Source of the DNA: Octopus sinensis
Taxonomy: Eukaryota
Assembly (NCBI RefSeq): GCF_006345805.1
Contig: NC_042998.1
Coordinates: 2,356,001-2,420,000, forward strand
Length of the DNA stretch: 64,000 nt
Direction of reading: 5' to 3'
The position numbers and the translations under genes were made by a program. This document shows positions 1 to 11,678 of the stretch, piece by piece. The stretch's first letter is position 1; each line of letters starts with the position of its first letter. The notes below the pieces were generated by a model. That model saw nothing but the letters and a program-made list of their open reading frames with translations, was not told where the DNA came from and did no database searches.

Positions 1-135
1 TTTTATATGTTTTATGCTTAAATTTTACTTTTTAATTAGATATGAATTAAGTTAATTTTTATCAATCCTTTTAGCTTGTGTGACTTGTGCATATTTATGT
101 CTTAATAGAATTTAATTTGCTAAAACGCAACTTTA

Positions 136-410
136 TCATCATCATCATCGTCGGCGTTGTTGTCATCATCACCATCATCACCACCATCACCATCATCATC
201 ATCATCATCATCATCATTTTTTTAACATCTGTTTTCCATACTAGCATGACTTGGATGGTTTGGCAGGAGCCAACAATCAATAGGACTACACCAAGCTCCA
301 CTGTCTGCTTTGGCTTGGCTTCTACAGTTGGTAGGCCCTTCTTAGAGCCAACCACTTGACAGAGTGTATTGCATGTTTTTTTACATGGTACTGGCACCAC
401 CCTCAAAACA
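136..410 (-). mobile_element. Degraded RTE LINE 3' end with (ATG)n tail
   Basis: (CAT)n run followed by TTTAACATCTGTTTTCCATACTAGCATG..., the motif that ends the RT-bearing RTE copy at 3246-4936. Confidence 0.7.
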
Positions 411-1568
411 AGGCTTCAACTGAGGGTGGTTATAGTATTAAGAGAAGTGGTGTTGTACCAGGTTGTGGGAGGCAGAGTGACAGAAACAGGTATTTTGCAG
501 GGGCTGCAGGGGCTACCTCAAGTTACTATAAGAGAAGTGATCCAGAGGTGAATGAGTTATTAAGTTTGCGAGAGAGTAAAATGAGAGAGAAAGATGGATA
601 GAGATAGAAAGAGAGTTGAATGCAGTGAATGGTGAAGATAAGTGGAGGTATGGTCATTGGTGAATACCAGTTTTGGGAGAGAAAAGGTGGAGGCAGTACC
701 GATGAGCAGTGTATGAGAGATGCACAGCGCCAGGGACAAGGTCAGAAGTACATAGGGGTGGAAACAGTGAGAGATGAACAGAAGTAGTGAAGCTACCATT
801 GACAGAATGAGGTGTAGAGAGGAATAACGAAAGTGAAAGAGGCTTTTGATAGAAAATAAAGCTGTAAGGAATGATCATCATCATCATTGTTTGACCGTGG
901 TCGAGACAGTGGAATTTACCATGCTACGCCAGACTTCATGGTCCATCATGGCATTACAGAGGTCCTGGGATGACAATGTGAATTCAACAGACAAATATCT
1001 TTACCTCAATAAAAGTAGTTATTTTTGCATGTTACTAAAGCTGGGAATAATATATATTGCAAATGGTGAAATAGTTTACTTTTGTTTTTGTTATAGTTTT
1101 CAACTAAAAACACTGAGTAACAATGATTTTTGTCCTTGGGTTGTAACTGTTATTTCCTATTTGCTGACCCCTAGAAAGTATGAAAAAGGGTTAATATTTC
1201 CTCCAAACTTTGCTTTTGTTTTGAAGAGGAACCCTCTCAACACATGGCTACTCCTGCTCATTATCAGAGATGCATGTATTGTCAGCCACTAAGGCACATG
1301 CTCAAGTGCTTAAGGTCAAGCAATTGACAAGTAAATCTGTAGTACTGAGCAGAATATTTGCTATAACGATATTTCTGCTTCAGCAACTCAGCGCTGAATC
1401 TGTCTGAAATGTAATGGAAAATAGGCCAGTTTCAAAACATTGATGTCCAGGTCACAAAAGCAAAGTTTGAAGGGAATAATAGTCATTTCCTTTGATTTCT
1501 AGATAGAAGAAAATAGGAAATAGCACTTACTGCCCAAAGGTAAAAAAAGAAATTTAATTTTGTTACAC

Positions 1569-1734
1569 AGGCGTAGGAGTGGCTCTGTGGTAAGTAGCTT
1601 GCTTAGGAACCACATGGTTCCGGGTTCAGTTCCACTGCATGGCACCTCGGGCAAGTGTCTTCTACTATAGCCTCGGGCTGACCAAAGCCTTGTTAGTGGA
1701 TTTGGTAGACGGAAACTGAAAGAAGCCCGTCGTA

Positions 1735-1781
<47 letters not shown>

Positions 1782-2073
1782 ACATATATATATAATAGAA
1801 ATATTAAAATTACTAAGTCTCTATAAAAGGGATTATGGCAGCGTTTACTGGAAATTAATTGTTATCGCCATATTAATATGGCATTCTTATAGATATAAGA
1901 ATAATCGCTGCCATGGCAGTGTGAAGCGGCTGACCTCCCTTGTTCGAAGGTTATAATGGATACAGATCGTGTATCAATAGCTATCTTGATGGCGGTGGCC
2001 TCATGGAGCTGACCATGGCAGCGATTATTCTTATATCTATAAGAATGCCATATTAATATGGCGATAACAATTA

Positions 2074-2123
<50 letters not shown>

Positions 2124-2340
2124 ATATGTTTCTGTGTTTGCCCCCCCCCCCAACATCACTTGACAACCAATGCTGATGTGTTTATGTCCCCGTAACTTAG
2201 CGATTCGGCAAAAGACACCAATAGAATAAGTACTAGGCTTACAAAGAATAAGTCCTGGGGTCAATTTGCTCGACTAAAGGTGGTGCTCCAACATGGCCAC
2301 AGTCAAATGACTGAAACAGGTAAAAGAGTAAAAGAGAGTA
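1569..2340 (+). mobile_element. tRNA-headed SINE (family A), interrupted at its internal (TA)n tract
   Basis: Head GGCGTAGGAGTGGCTCTGTGGTAAG...GGTTCAGTTCC (A/B-box-like) and tail GGTGCTCCAACATGGCC...(AAAAGAGT)n, shared with more than 10 copies in the window. Confidence 0.9.
1797..2076. mobile_element. Unclassified ~280-bp insert with perfect 64-bp inverted repeats (1853-1916 / 2013-2076), flanked by (TA)n
   Basis: The two arms are exact reverse complements. The insert is absent from the other family-A SINE copies. Confidence 0.7.
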
Positions 2341-3245
2341 TGAGTAAGAAAAATCAAAACAGAAAATGAAGAGCCTCTGCTCCAGATGATTAATGCTTAT
2401 TTTTGAACCCTTCTTAAGATAAATTATCTTAATCTAATTACATTGGATTTTTAATTAAAATATTTTATCTGTGAAAGAATGTTTTGGAGGTCAAAACTTA
2501 TTTGGTTAAAAGACTTGTGACATCTTGTTTGTTGAAAGAGTCTCAAAGTTTAACAATACGTAATCATTACTATCAGTATTACGTAAAATAATATTATCAA
2601 ATATATCTCAAGATTATTCAAATATGGTGATACTCTGAGTTGTTTGTTGATAGTTTTCATTGAACAGCCAGCAAATTAATTGTGAATGGTTGAAGTAACC
2701 TATACAGTAGGGAACAACATTACAGATGAAGTGGGGGAGAAAGAAAAGTATGGCTTCAAAACAGTTATATAGAGGGAGAGGTGTGCTAGCATATATCCTG
2801 TTCTGGAAAGTGCTTAGGAAGGAGATGATGAATGTAAAAAGGCTGCACTTTATATCAGCAAGAAACACGTTTAGAGAAGTTTCTAGAAATAACGCAGAAC
2901 AAATAGGTTAAGGGTGTACAAGATCTTTTATCTTTTTATCTTTTATCTTTTACTTATTTTAGTCATTGGACTGCAGACATGCTGAAGCATGGTGTTGAAT
3001 GGTTTTAATCAAGGAAATCGACCCCTGGTACTTATTTTTTAAAAGTCTGGTCCTTCTTCTATTAGTCTTTTGCCACTAAATTATGAGGATGTAAGCAAAG
3101 GAACACCGGCTGTCGAGCAGTGAAGTGGGGGACAGTCACAAAGACACACACACATATATACATACATATATAAACATACAGATATATACATACACACAAA
3201 CACACACACATATATATCTATGTGTGTGTGTGTGTGTATATATAT

Positions 3246-4932
3246 CATCATCATCATCATCATCATCGTTTAGCGTCCGTTTTCCATGCTAGCATGGGTT
3301 GGACGGTTCTACTGGGGTCTGTGAAGCCAGAAGGCTTCATCAGGCCCAGTCAAATCTGGCAGTGTTTCTACGGCTGGATGCCCTTCCTAACGCCAACCAC
3401 TCCGTGAGTGTAGTGGGTGCTTTTTACGTGCCACCCGCACTGGTGCCAGACAGAGCTGGCAAACGGCCACGAACGGATGGTGCTTTTTATGTGCCACCGG
3501 CACGAGGGCCAGGCGAGGCTGGCAACGGACACGAAAGGGGCGGTGCTGGCAACGGTCGCGAAATGGAAAGTTCTCTTACATGCCACCGGCACTGGTAACA
3601 CATCTGCAATTTCCATTGATCGATTTCGATTCTGATCCTCACTTGCCTCAACGGGTCTTCACAAGTAGAGTTTCGACATGCCACCGGCACTGGTAACACA
3701 TCTGCAATTTCCATTGATCGATTTCCATTGATCGATTTCGATTCTGATCGTCACTTGCCTCAACGGGTCTTCACAAGCAGAGTTTTGACATGCCACCGGC
3801 ACTGGTAGCACATCCGCAATTTCCATTGATCGATTTCGATTCTGATCCTCACTTGCCTCATCACGTCTTCACAAGTAGAGTTTTGTGTCCCAAGAAGGGA
3901 AGGTATGCATACGTAGGCTGGCTCCATCCCATGTAGAAGGCCACGGGTTATGGACTCACTTGTCCTGCCGGGTCTTCTCACGCACAGCACACTTCCAGAG
4001 GTCTCGGTCTCTAGTCATTTCCTCAGTGAGACCTAAAGTTCGAAGGTCGTGCTTCACCACCTCGTCCCAGGTTTTCCTGGGTCTGCCTCTTCCACAGGTT
4101 CCCTCAACCGCTAGGGTGTGGCACTTTTTCACACAACTATCTTCATCCATTCTCGCCACATGACCATACCAGCGCAAACGTCTCTCTTGCACACCACAGC
4201 TGATGCTTCTTAGGTCCAGCTTTCTCTCAAGGTACTTACACTCTGCCGAGTGTGAGTACCGGCATTACACATCCATCGGAGCATACTGGCTTCATTTCTA
4301 GCGAGCTTACGCATATCCTCAGCAGTCACGGCCCATGTTTCACTGCCATGTAGCATGGCTGTTCGTACACACGCATCATACAGTCTGCCTTTCACTCTGT
4401 GCGAGAGGCCTTTTGTCACCAGTAGAGGTAAGAGCTCTCTGAACTTTGCCCAAGCTATTCTTACTCTAGCAGTTACACTTTCAGCACACCCGCCCCCGCT
4501 GCTGACTTGGTCACCTAGGTAACAGAAACTATCAACTATTTCTAGTTTTTCTCCCTGGAAAGTGACGGAAGTTGGTCTCAGAGCATTTTCAGTGTTTATT
4601 GTTCCTGAGCATCTGCCACATACAAAAACCATCTTCCTAGTTAGCCTTCCTTTGACATTGCTGCATCTCTTATGTGTCCATAGCTTACACTTGGTGCATC
4701 TTATAGAGTTTCTACCTACACCTTTTCTACAGATCGAGCAGGGCCATCTACCTGAAGGTGTTTGTGATTTGTCTACCTTCCTACTGATTACAACTTTGGT
4801 TTTAGCTAGATTGACTCTGAGGCCCTTCGATTCTAATCCTTGTTTCCACACCTGAAACTTCTCCTCCAGTTCTGATAGCGACTCAGCAATTAGAGCAAGG
4901 TCATCAGCATAGAGGAGCTCCCAAGGGCATCC

Positions 4933-4936
<4 letters not shown>
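3246..4936 (-). mobile_element. 5'-truncated RTE-clade LINE (RT C-terminal half, 3' UTR with tandem repeats, (ATG)n tail)
   Basis: Translation GCPWELLYADDLALIAES...GLRVNLAKTK...FCYLGD...RLRWYGHVARM...GRGRPRKTW. Truncated against (TA)n at about 4936. Confidence 0.95.
3956..4934 (-). pseudogene. RTE reverse transcriptase fragment, one frameshift near 4222
   Basis: YADD at 4900-4911. ORFs 4210-4851 and 3956-4192 join if a 1-bp deletion is restored (LREKLDLRSISCGVQERRLRW). Confidence 0.9.
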
Positions 4937-4976
<40 letters not shown>

Positions 4977-4997
4977 TATATACTCTTTATATATAAT

Positions 4998-5410
4998 CTT
5001 TTATTCTTTTGTTTCAGTCAATTGATTGCGGCCATGCTGGAGCATTGTTTTAAAGGGATTTTTAGTCAAAGAAATCAACCCCACGACTTATTCTTTGTAA
5101 GCCTAGTACTTATTCTATTGGTCTCTTTTGCCGAACCGCTAAGTTACAGGGACATAAACACACCAGCATAAGTTGTCAAGTGATGATGGAGGAGGAGACA
5201 AACATGGACACAAAGACACACACACATAAATACACACACACACATACGATGGGCTTCTTTCAGTTTCCATCTACCAATTCCACTTACAGGGCTTTGGTCG
5301 GCCCAAGGCTGAAGTAGAAGTCTTATGCCCAAGGTGCCATGCAGTAAGGACTGAACCTGGAACCATGTGGTTGGGAACAAGCATTTTACAACTCAGTCAC
5401 ACCTGCACCT
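4998..5410 (-). mobile_element. SINE family A
   Basis: Reverse-complement match to head, body and tail of the other copies. Confidence 0.85.
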
Positions 5411-5421
5411 ATATATATATT

Positions 5422-5926
5422 TATATTAAAAATCAATATAAACAGCTAGGCACAATATAATACCATAAAGGAAAAATTTTATTGTCTCTAATTGTGAGTG
5501 AGGGTGCCAAGCATCTATATTGCAAGGAATAAGAATTAAAAACTCTTAATGTTGTGTGAAGTGCTCAATATATATACACTGACAGGGGAAATAACCACCC
5601 TGTGAACAACTCTAGAATCACTGGACTAGATTAGTTCACCTATCAGTCATAGGCTTGTCAGCAGTGACTACTCGATTGCTCACTGGTTTGGCAAAGTCAG
5701 CCTGTCAGTATATATACTTACCATATAAATTAGTGGCTGATTTAGCAAAATGCTAATGTGTATATTAAAATTTAATATAAACAGCTAGGTGCAATATAGT
5801 ACCATAAAGGAAAACTTTTATCATCACTATTTGTGACTGAGGGTGCTAAAGCACCTATATTGCAAGAAATAAGAGTTAAAAATCTTAATGCTATATGAAG
5901 CACACAATATATATACACTGATAGGA
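5422..5926. repeat. Diverged ~165-bp direct repeat (5422-5585 / 5762-5926, period ~340)
   Basis: Both copies read TATATTAAAA..AATATAAACAGCTAGG..CAATATA.TACCATAAAGGAAAA...TATATATACACTGA, roughly 80% identical by eye. Confidence 0.8.
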
Positions 5927-5958
5927 TGGGCTTCCATACGGTTTTCATCTACCAAATA

Positions 5959-7232
5959 TTGGGTCATCCCATAAATAATGCAGTGTTTTTATACCTCTTT
6001 TACTTTTCAAAATTATGATAAACAAAATTCTTTTTTAATCGAAAATTTACTTTCTTTCATTTTCTACAATGCTCTTCCATCTATCTAGTAGACTTGCAAG
6101 GCCCCTCTTCCAAAATTCACTTGTCTGTGATGAAAAATACTCCTTCAGTACTGTTCTGACCTCATCTACAGAATTCATATTTTTTCTTTCCAAATGATTT
6201 TGAAGACTGCAGAATAAATGATAATCAGATGGGGCAATGTCCAGCGAATATGGTGGGTGGAGCATCATTTCTCACTGAAATTGCTCCAACCTTTGGAATG
6301 TCATCCTTGCTGTATGTGACCAAGCATTATCTTAATGGAAGAATACCTTTCGTCTTGAAACCAAATATGGTCGTTTTTCTCTTAGCGCTGACTTAAACTG
6401 TTCAAGTTGCTTGCAGTAGATCTTTGGTATCATTTGGGTTTAAAAGTGCAAAGTGGACTAAACCTTTTATATCCCACCAAACAGATAACAACACCTTATG
6501 TGGATGAAGACCTTCTTTATCCTGGGACGCCAGTGTTTCTCCTTTCTCTGTCCACTATCTTCAGTGCTTGACATTTTTACAGAGAACCCATTTCTCGTCA
6601 CCAGTACCTATTTGGTCCAAAAGCGTTTCATTCATGTGACATGACAGCAGAGAAGAGAACACATTCACTTTCTGCACACGATTAGACTTGGAAAGTTTTT
6701 GAGGAACCCATTGACCCAATTTGCTGACTTTCCCAATGGCATGCAGGTGTTGACAAATGGTTGAATGACCAAATCCAAGCTTCTCTGCAAGTTCCTCAAC
6801 AGTTATGATGGGATTTTGCTCCACCAGTTTGCAGGGCATCCTTGTCAAGCTCCACAGATCTTCCAGGACAAGGCTTGTCTTCTAGGTTGTAGTTTCCAGC
6901 TTGGAATTTCTGGAACCACCTTACTGGCTTACTCTTATTGTCTGATCCCCAAATACCGCATTAATATTCCTTGCACTTTCTGCTGCATTGTTGCCTTTAT
7001 TGAACTCATAAATCAAAATATGCCGAATATGTTCCTTTGTCACTTCTATTATAGCTTTGGAACAATAACTGCTAAAATCGAACTGCACTCTTTAAAACTT
7101 GCACTAAGAATAAGGACAAGGTAAAATTACTATCTGCTTTCATAGCAAGTTGATACAAGTAGTTTATCCTGTCCCCCTCTGACTTTTAATTCATACAATT
7201 GAAAAAACTGTTTTATTTATGGAATGACCCAA
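5959..7232 (-). mobile_element. Near full-length mariner transposon (~1.27 kb), defective transposase, TA TSD, inserted in a SINE
   Basis: TIRs TTGGGTCATCCCATAAATAA / TTGGGTCATTCCATAAATAA, TA at 5957-58 and 7233-34. Motifs EVTKEHIRHILIYEFNKG, TGDEKWVL, HPPYSLDIAPSDYHLF. Confidence 0.95.
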
Positions 7233-8077
7233 TACAATCACGAGGCATTTGTCAGTCTAGGGCTTTAGTAGAAGACATTTGACCAAGGTGTCACACAATG
7301 AGATTGAACCTGAAACCACATTGTTGTAAAGCAAACTTCTCAACCAACCAGCCATGTCTGTATCAATATAATGAATTATATTAAATTTCCTACATTTGAA
7401 ATCAAGAAATAAATTTAAACTAAGTAGAGGCTATTTTCAATCAATTAGAGTCAGTTGTAAAAATTGTCATTATTGTTGTTTCTGCTCAGATCAAAGGCAC
7501 TCCAGCTTTGACCATCCTGTCATCAAAAATATCAATGAGTACTATGTTGTCCAGTGTATCCCTATTTATTTAAGATGATATGGTGTAATATTAAGAATAT
7601 TTGGCTGTTACTTCTAACAGGTTGAACAGCCATGGACAGGATCCCTTCTAGGCTTGTTAAAGTGTGTTGTTTAACCTAAGGTCACCCTTTGGTCAAGCAG
7701 CCCTATGATTAAAGTGTTCCAGCAATGACTGTTCTACACTTTCTATTTTCTGGCATAGTGTAACTAGGACTACATAAACTAATATGTCCTTTTTTTATGA
7801 TGGTAGGCTATAATTTGGGGGAGATTTGACAGGTAATTCTAGCAACACATTGAGGCTGTCTCAGTGGTGGTAAAGAGACCAAGACCAATAAAATGCTGGT
7901 AGTAAGGAAACATTTAATAACATTTATGATAGAGAACACTCTATGAAGTGGCTGGCATTTGGAAGGGCATGCAGCCACAGAAGCCATGCCTAAAACATTG
8001 GAGATTGATGCAGTCCTCAGACCTGTTGGATCTGGTCAAATTGTCCAGTCTATGCCAGCATGAAAGATGGATATCAA

Positions 8078-8299
8078 CTGTTTAGCATTCAGATTGCTCT
8101 GTCAAATGTAATTCTTATTTATATTCGCAATGTTTTGAACTAATCATGCATTCTCTTGTAGCATTGAGATTTTGATGATGTGATTGCTTATTTTTAGAAT
8201 GGCATTGTTTGGTAGGTGTGAGAGGCTGGATCTGGCTTATTTGAACATAAAACTGATGAAGTATTTTGGTTAGATATGGCTAGTTTAAATGCTGAAGGG
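8078..8299. mobile_element. piggyBac-like MITE (TTAA family 2)
   Basis: Ends ...TGCTGAAGGG|TTAA with a degraded left end. Homologous to 60700-60904. Confidence 0.6.
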
Positions 8300-8973
8300 T
8301 TAAAGGAAGAAGAAGAGGATGGCAATATTGGCAGTGAGGAGAGCAGTTGTTTTTGGAGACTAATGTGAGTATCACAGACTCCTGATACAAATATAAATAT
8401 AGGATTTGCAATAATTCCACACTGAAAGAGAAACCTAATGCTCAGGCTTTGTTCTTCATTGCTTTAATATATGTTCCGTTTCATCTTCACTTCTACTTAT
8501 TGGAATTTTATAGGACAGAATTCAGAGAAAGCTTGCCCAAAGGAACTAATATCTTAATTCTTTTTGCAGTTGGTAATGTGAACATTGAGAGGTAATATGA
8601 ACATTAGAAGAAAATAGAAAAATAAAAGAAATGGCTGGAAGCAAATGTGAATGCAGTAAATACTTATTACAGAAATAATCTAGTTCTGATTAATGTACAG
8701 TTTCTTAGTTTTGGTTCTATATAATTTTATTGATTTAATATTTCTGATATTAATCAGTATGACATAATTAAATGTAAATATAAATGTCAATGTGTAGCTT
8801 GGTTTTGATCACATGGAGTGCTTTCAGAGGTATTTGCCTGGATTTACTCAAACCCCTCTTCTTTTGAGTCAATATGTATGTATCTTTTATTAATTAGTTA
8901 TTCTTAACTTTTGGTGAGCCTTGTCTTGCAAACTCATGGTCAATAACAAATAAATCTTCCATCAAATTGCACC

Positions 8974-9261
8974 CTACCAATGTATCACTCCATATTTAAG
9001 ACGGTAGGGTACAATTTGATGGAAGGTTTTGTCTGCTATTTTTAGCAAGTCAAGCAGTGATGCAGAGTTTCTCTTTTTAGCTTTTTTTATTAATAAATTA
9101 ATTAAAGGAGGAGGGGTAATGATAAACATCTTTGTAGGATCTCTAAGCTTGGTGAGATCATTGCTGTTCATATTTAGATTGAACATCTGTTGGCTAAAGT
9201 CTACTGAAAAGACTAGAAATTCCCAGAAGACTGTGGATTCCTTCCTCAAATCCCAAAGCAT
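8974..9261 (-). pseudogene. Possible heavily degraded non-LTR RT fragment
   Basis: SASLLDLLKIADKTFHQIVPYRLKYGV resembles the CR1/L2-type RT motif (FLDLSKAFDTV.H.IL..KL..YGI). Similarity judged by eye only. Confidence 0.3.
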
Positions 9262-9530
9262 TTAATTGCTTATCTGAAGAATGAATCACAGGTGAGATTA
9301 GAGGAGGAAAAAGAGGAAAGGCCTGAGGAATGGTTAAAGTGTTAAAATGGTTTGCAGTTTGTTAGATGAGAGAAATATAGACAGTTGTAACAGTGACAGA
9401 AAGGAAAAGAGAAAACATTGTACGTCTTTGAGCCAATGAGTGTTATGTGTTGGTGAGTGAATATTTGTCTATTGAGTGAATAGTTTCCTGTTTGATACAA
9501 TCTATGATGCTTTTGTTTGAAGGTTTGTAG

Positions 9531-9830
9531 CATAGTGGTTAGGATATTTGGCTCATGATCATAAGGACGTGAGTTTGATACCTGGTGGTACCTTGTGCCC
9601 TTGCGTAAGACACTTTATTTCACGTCGCTCCAGTCCACCCAGCTGGCAAAAATGAGTTGTACCAGTAATTACAAAGGGGCCAGCCTTGTAACATTCTGTG
9701 TCATTCTGAATCTCCTCGGGTATGTGTGTTAATGGAATACTCAGCCACTTGTACATCAATTCCACAAGCAGGCTGTTCTGTTGATCAGATCGACTGGAAC
9801 CTTTGTTGCTGTAACCAACAAAGTACCAGC
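9531..9830 (+). mobile_element. tRNA-headed SINE family C (tail type 1)
   Basis: GTGGTTAGG head, GCTCCAGTCCACCCAGCTGG core, tail shared with 18985-19252 and 30756-30930. Confidence 0.75.
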
Positions 9831-10067
9831 TTTTTTTATGATGCTTGTGTGGGTAGCAGCGGTACTAACCATTTGAAACAGATGGACAGTGCTCTAATGT
9901 TATTACTATGAATTGGTAGAGTGTTGGATAGAATGTTTTGCAATGTTTGTTCTGTCTTTCTGTTTTTTGAGTTCAAATCTTGCTGAGGTCAGTTTTATCT
10001 CCCATCCCTTTGAGAGTCAATAAATAAGGTACTAGTTAAGGCAAGGGGTTGATTCTCCTCCCCCACC

Positions 10068-10320
10068 ACTCTCTCTCTCTCTGTCTCTTTGTCTGTCTCT
10101 CTGTCTCTCTCACTGTCTGTCTGTCTCTCTCACTGTCTGTCTGTCTCTCTCACTGTCTCTCTCACTGTCTCTCTCACTGTCTCTCTCACTGTCTCTCTGT
10201 CTCTCTGTCTCTCTCACTGTCTGTCTGTCTCTCTCACTGTCTGTCTGTCTCTCTGTCTCTCTCACTGTCTGTCTGTCTCTCTGTCTCTCTCTTTGTCTCT
10301 CTCACTGTCTGTCTGTCTCT

Positions 10321-10358
<38 letters not shown>

Positions 10359-10520
10359 CTCTCACTGTCTGTCTATCTCTCTCACTGTCTGTCTGTCTCT
10401 CTGTCTCTCTGTCTCTCTCTCTGTCTCTCTCACTGTCTGTCTGTCTCTCTCACTGTCTGTCTGTCTCTCTGTCTCTCTCACTGTCTGTCTGTCTCTCTCA
10501 CTGTCTGTCTGTCTCTCTGT

Positions 10521-10551
<31 letters not shown>

Positions 10552-10583
10552 ACTGTCTGTCCGTCTCTCTGTCTCTCTCTCTC
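10068..10583. repeat. Compound (CT)n/(CTGT)n/(CTCA) microsatellite
   Basis: Direct reading. Explains the SLSLSV-type ORFs. Confidence 0.97.
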
Positions 10584-10920
10584 GAATTTGGTTACACTGT
10601 CTCCTTTGAAGACCACTCACTGTCTCTGTGATGTCAAAAGGATAGGACACTCCACAGATAATTAGGTGCTAGACTGACACACTGTTTGATCAATGCCCTC
10701 CTTACAAGTTCTTTCTCTAGATTAGGAAGTATCTTTGCAGACAGAGAAAGATTCAATCGTTTAATGGTATGAGAAGCTTGTTCTGAAGCACACTGCAAAT
10801 GGCTGAGAGAAGAGACGTATTATCGTTGTTTTGTTGTGTTGTGGGGGGAAAAGAAGTTTTTCCTTCTTGGCAACAAATCAAAAGGAGAAGGAGAGTTGGA
10901 GTGTGTTTTGTTACGTTTAA

Positions 10921-10962
<42 letters not shown>

Positions 10963-11678
10963 ATTGTAGAGTTGGAGTCAAAATAGGCAACATATTATGA
11001 GGCCAAAGTTTAATGAGGTCTACAATCTTATATCACTAATCTGGCTTTACTTCAAATTGTGTGTCAATAATATATGTTCATGCAGTCATCTAGAAATCTA
11101 ATTATTATATAAGCTTTATCATTTTTTCCGCTTGAAAGATGTATTGTTAGAAACAAACATATCCTTTCAGACAATGATCTTCCATAGTTTGGATTATTCA
11201 TATTTGTATAAATATTTAATCAAGTATGTTTCTCCGTATGAAGTAGATTCAAAACTGTATCTGACTACTTTTGATTAACATGGGTGCAAATACTATATAG
11301 TCATATGTTAATTTCTATCTTTTACTCAAACTTACTAATTTTTAGGGTCGGAAGTCAGTAGGTTCTGCCTCAGAGATTGCTTGTGTAAATGCTGCAATCA
11401 AAAGCTCTGCACACAAGATGCTCGTAGATTCTGAGGGTCGTTAGGAGAGAATGCACACTGTTTTTGAGCCTTCCTCTTGATGGCTTTACAGAGCAGCAAC
11501 CTCCAACACCCCACCTCTCACTCACGTGAGGCCCTGCCTACTGGACTGAATGACTAGTATTTAACCGTCAGTATTCAGTCAAAAATCCTTCATCTCAAGG
11601 TGACCAGCACCATACAAATCATAGAGTCAGGTAGGTTTGACTTGCCATACAGGAAAAGAGGTACCTACTTCACACCTG

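Noticed and set aside
420-845. Purine-rich coding-like stretch
   Set aside because: No open frame with recognisable motifs. Probably a very old LINE fragment that I cannot assign.
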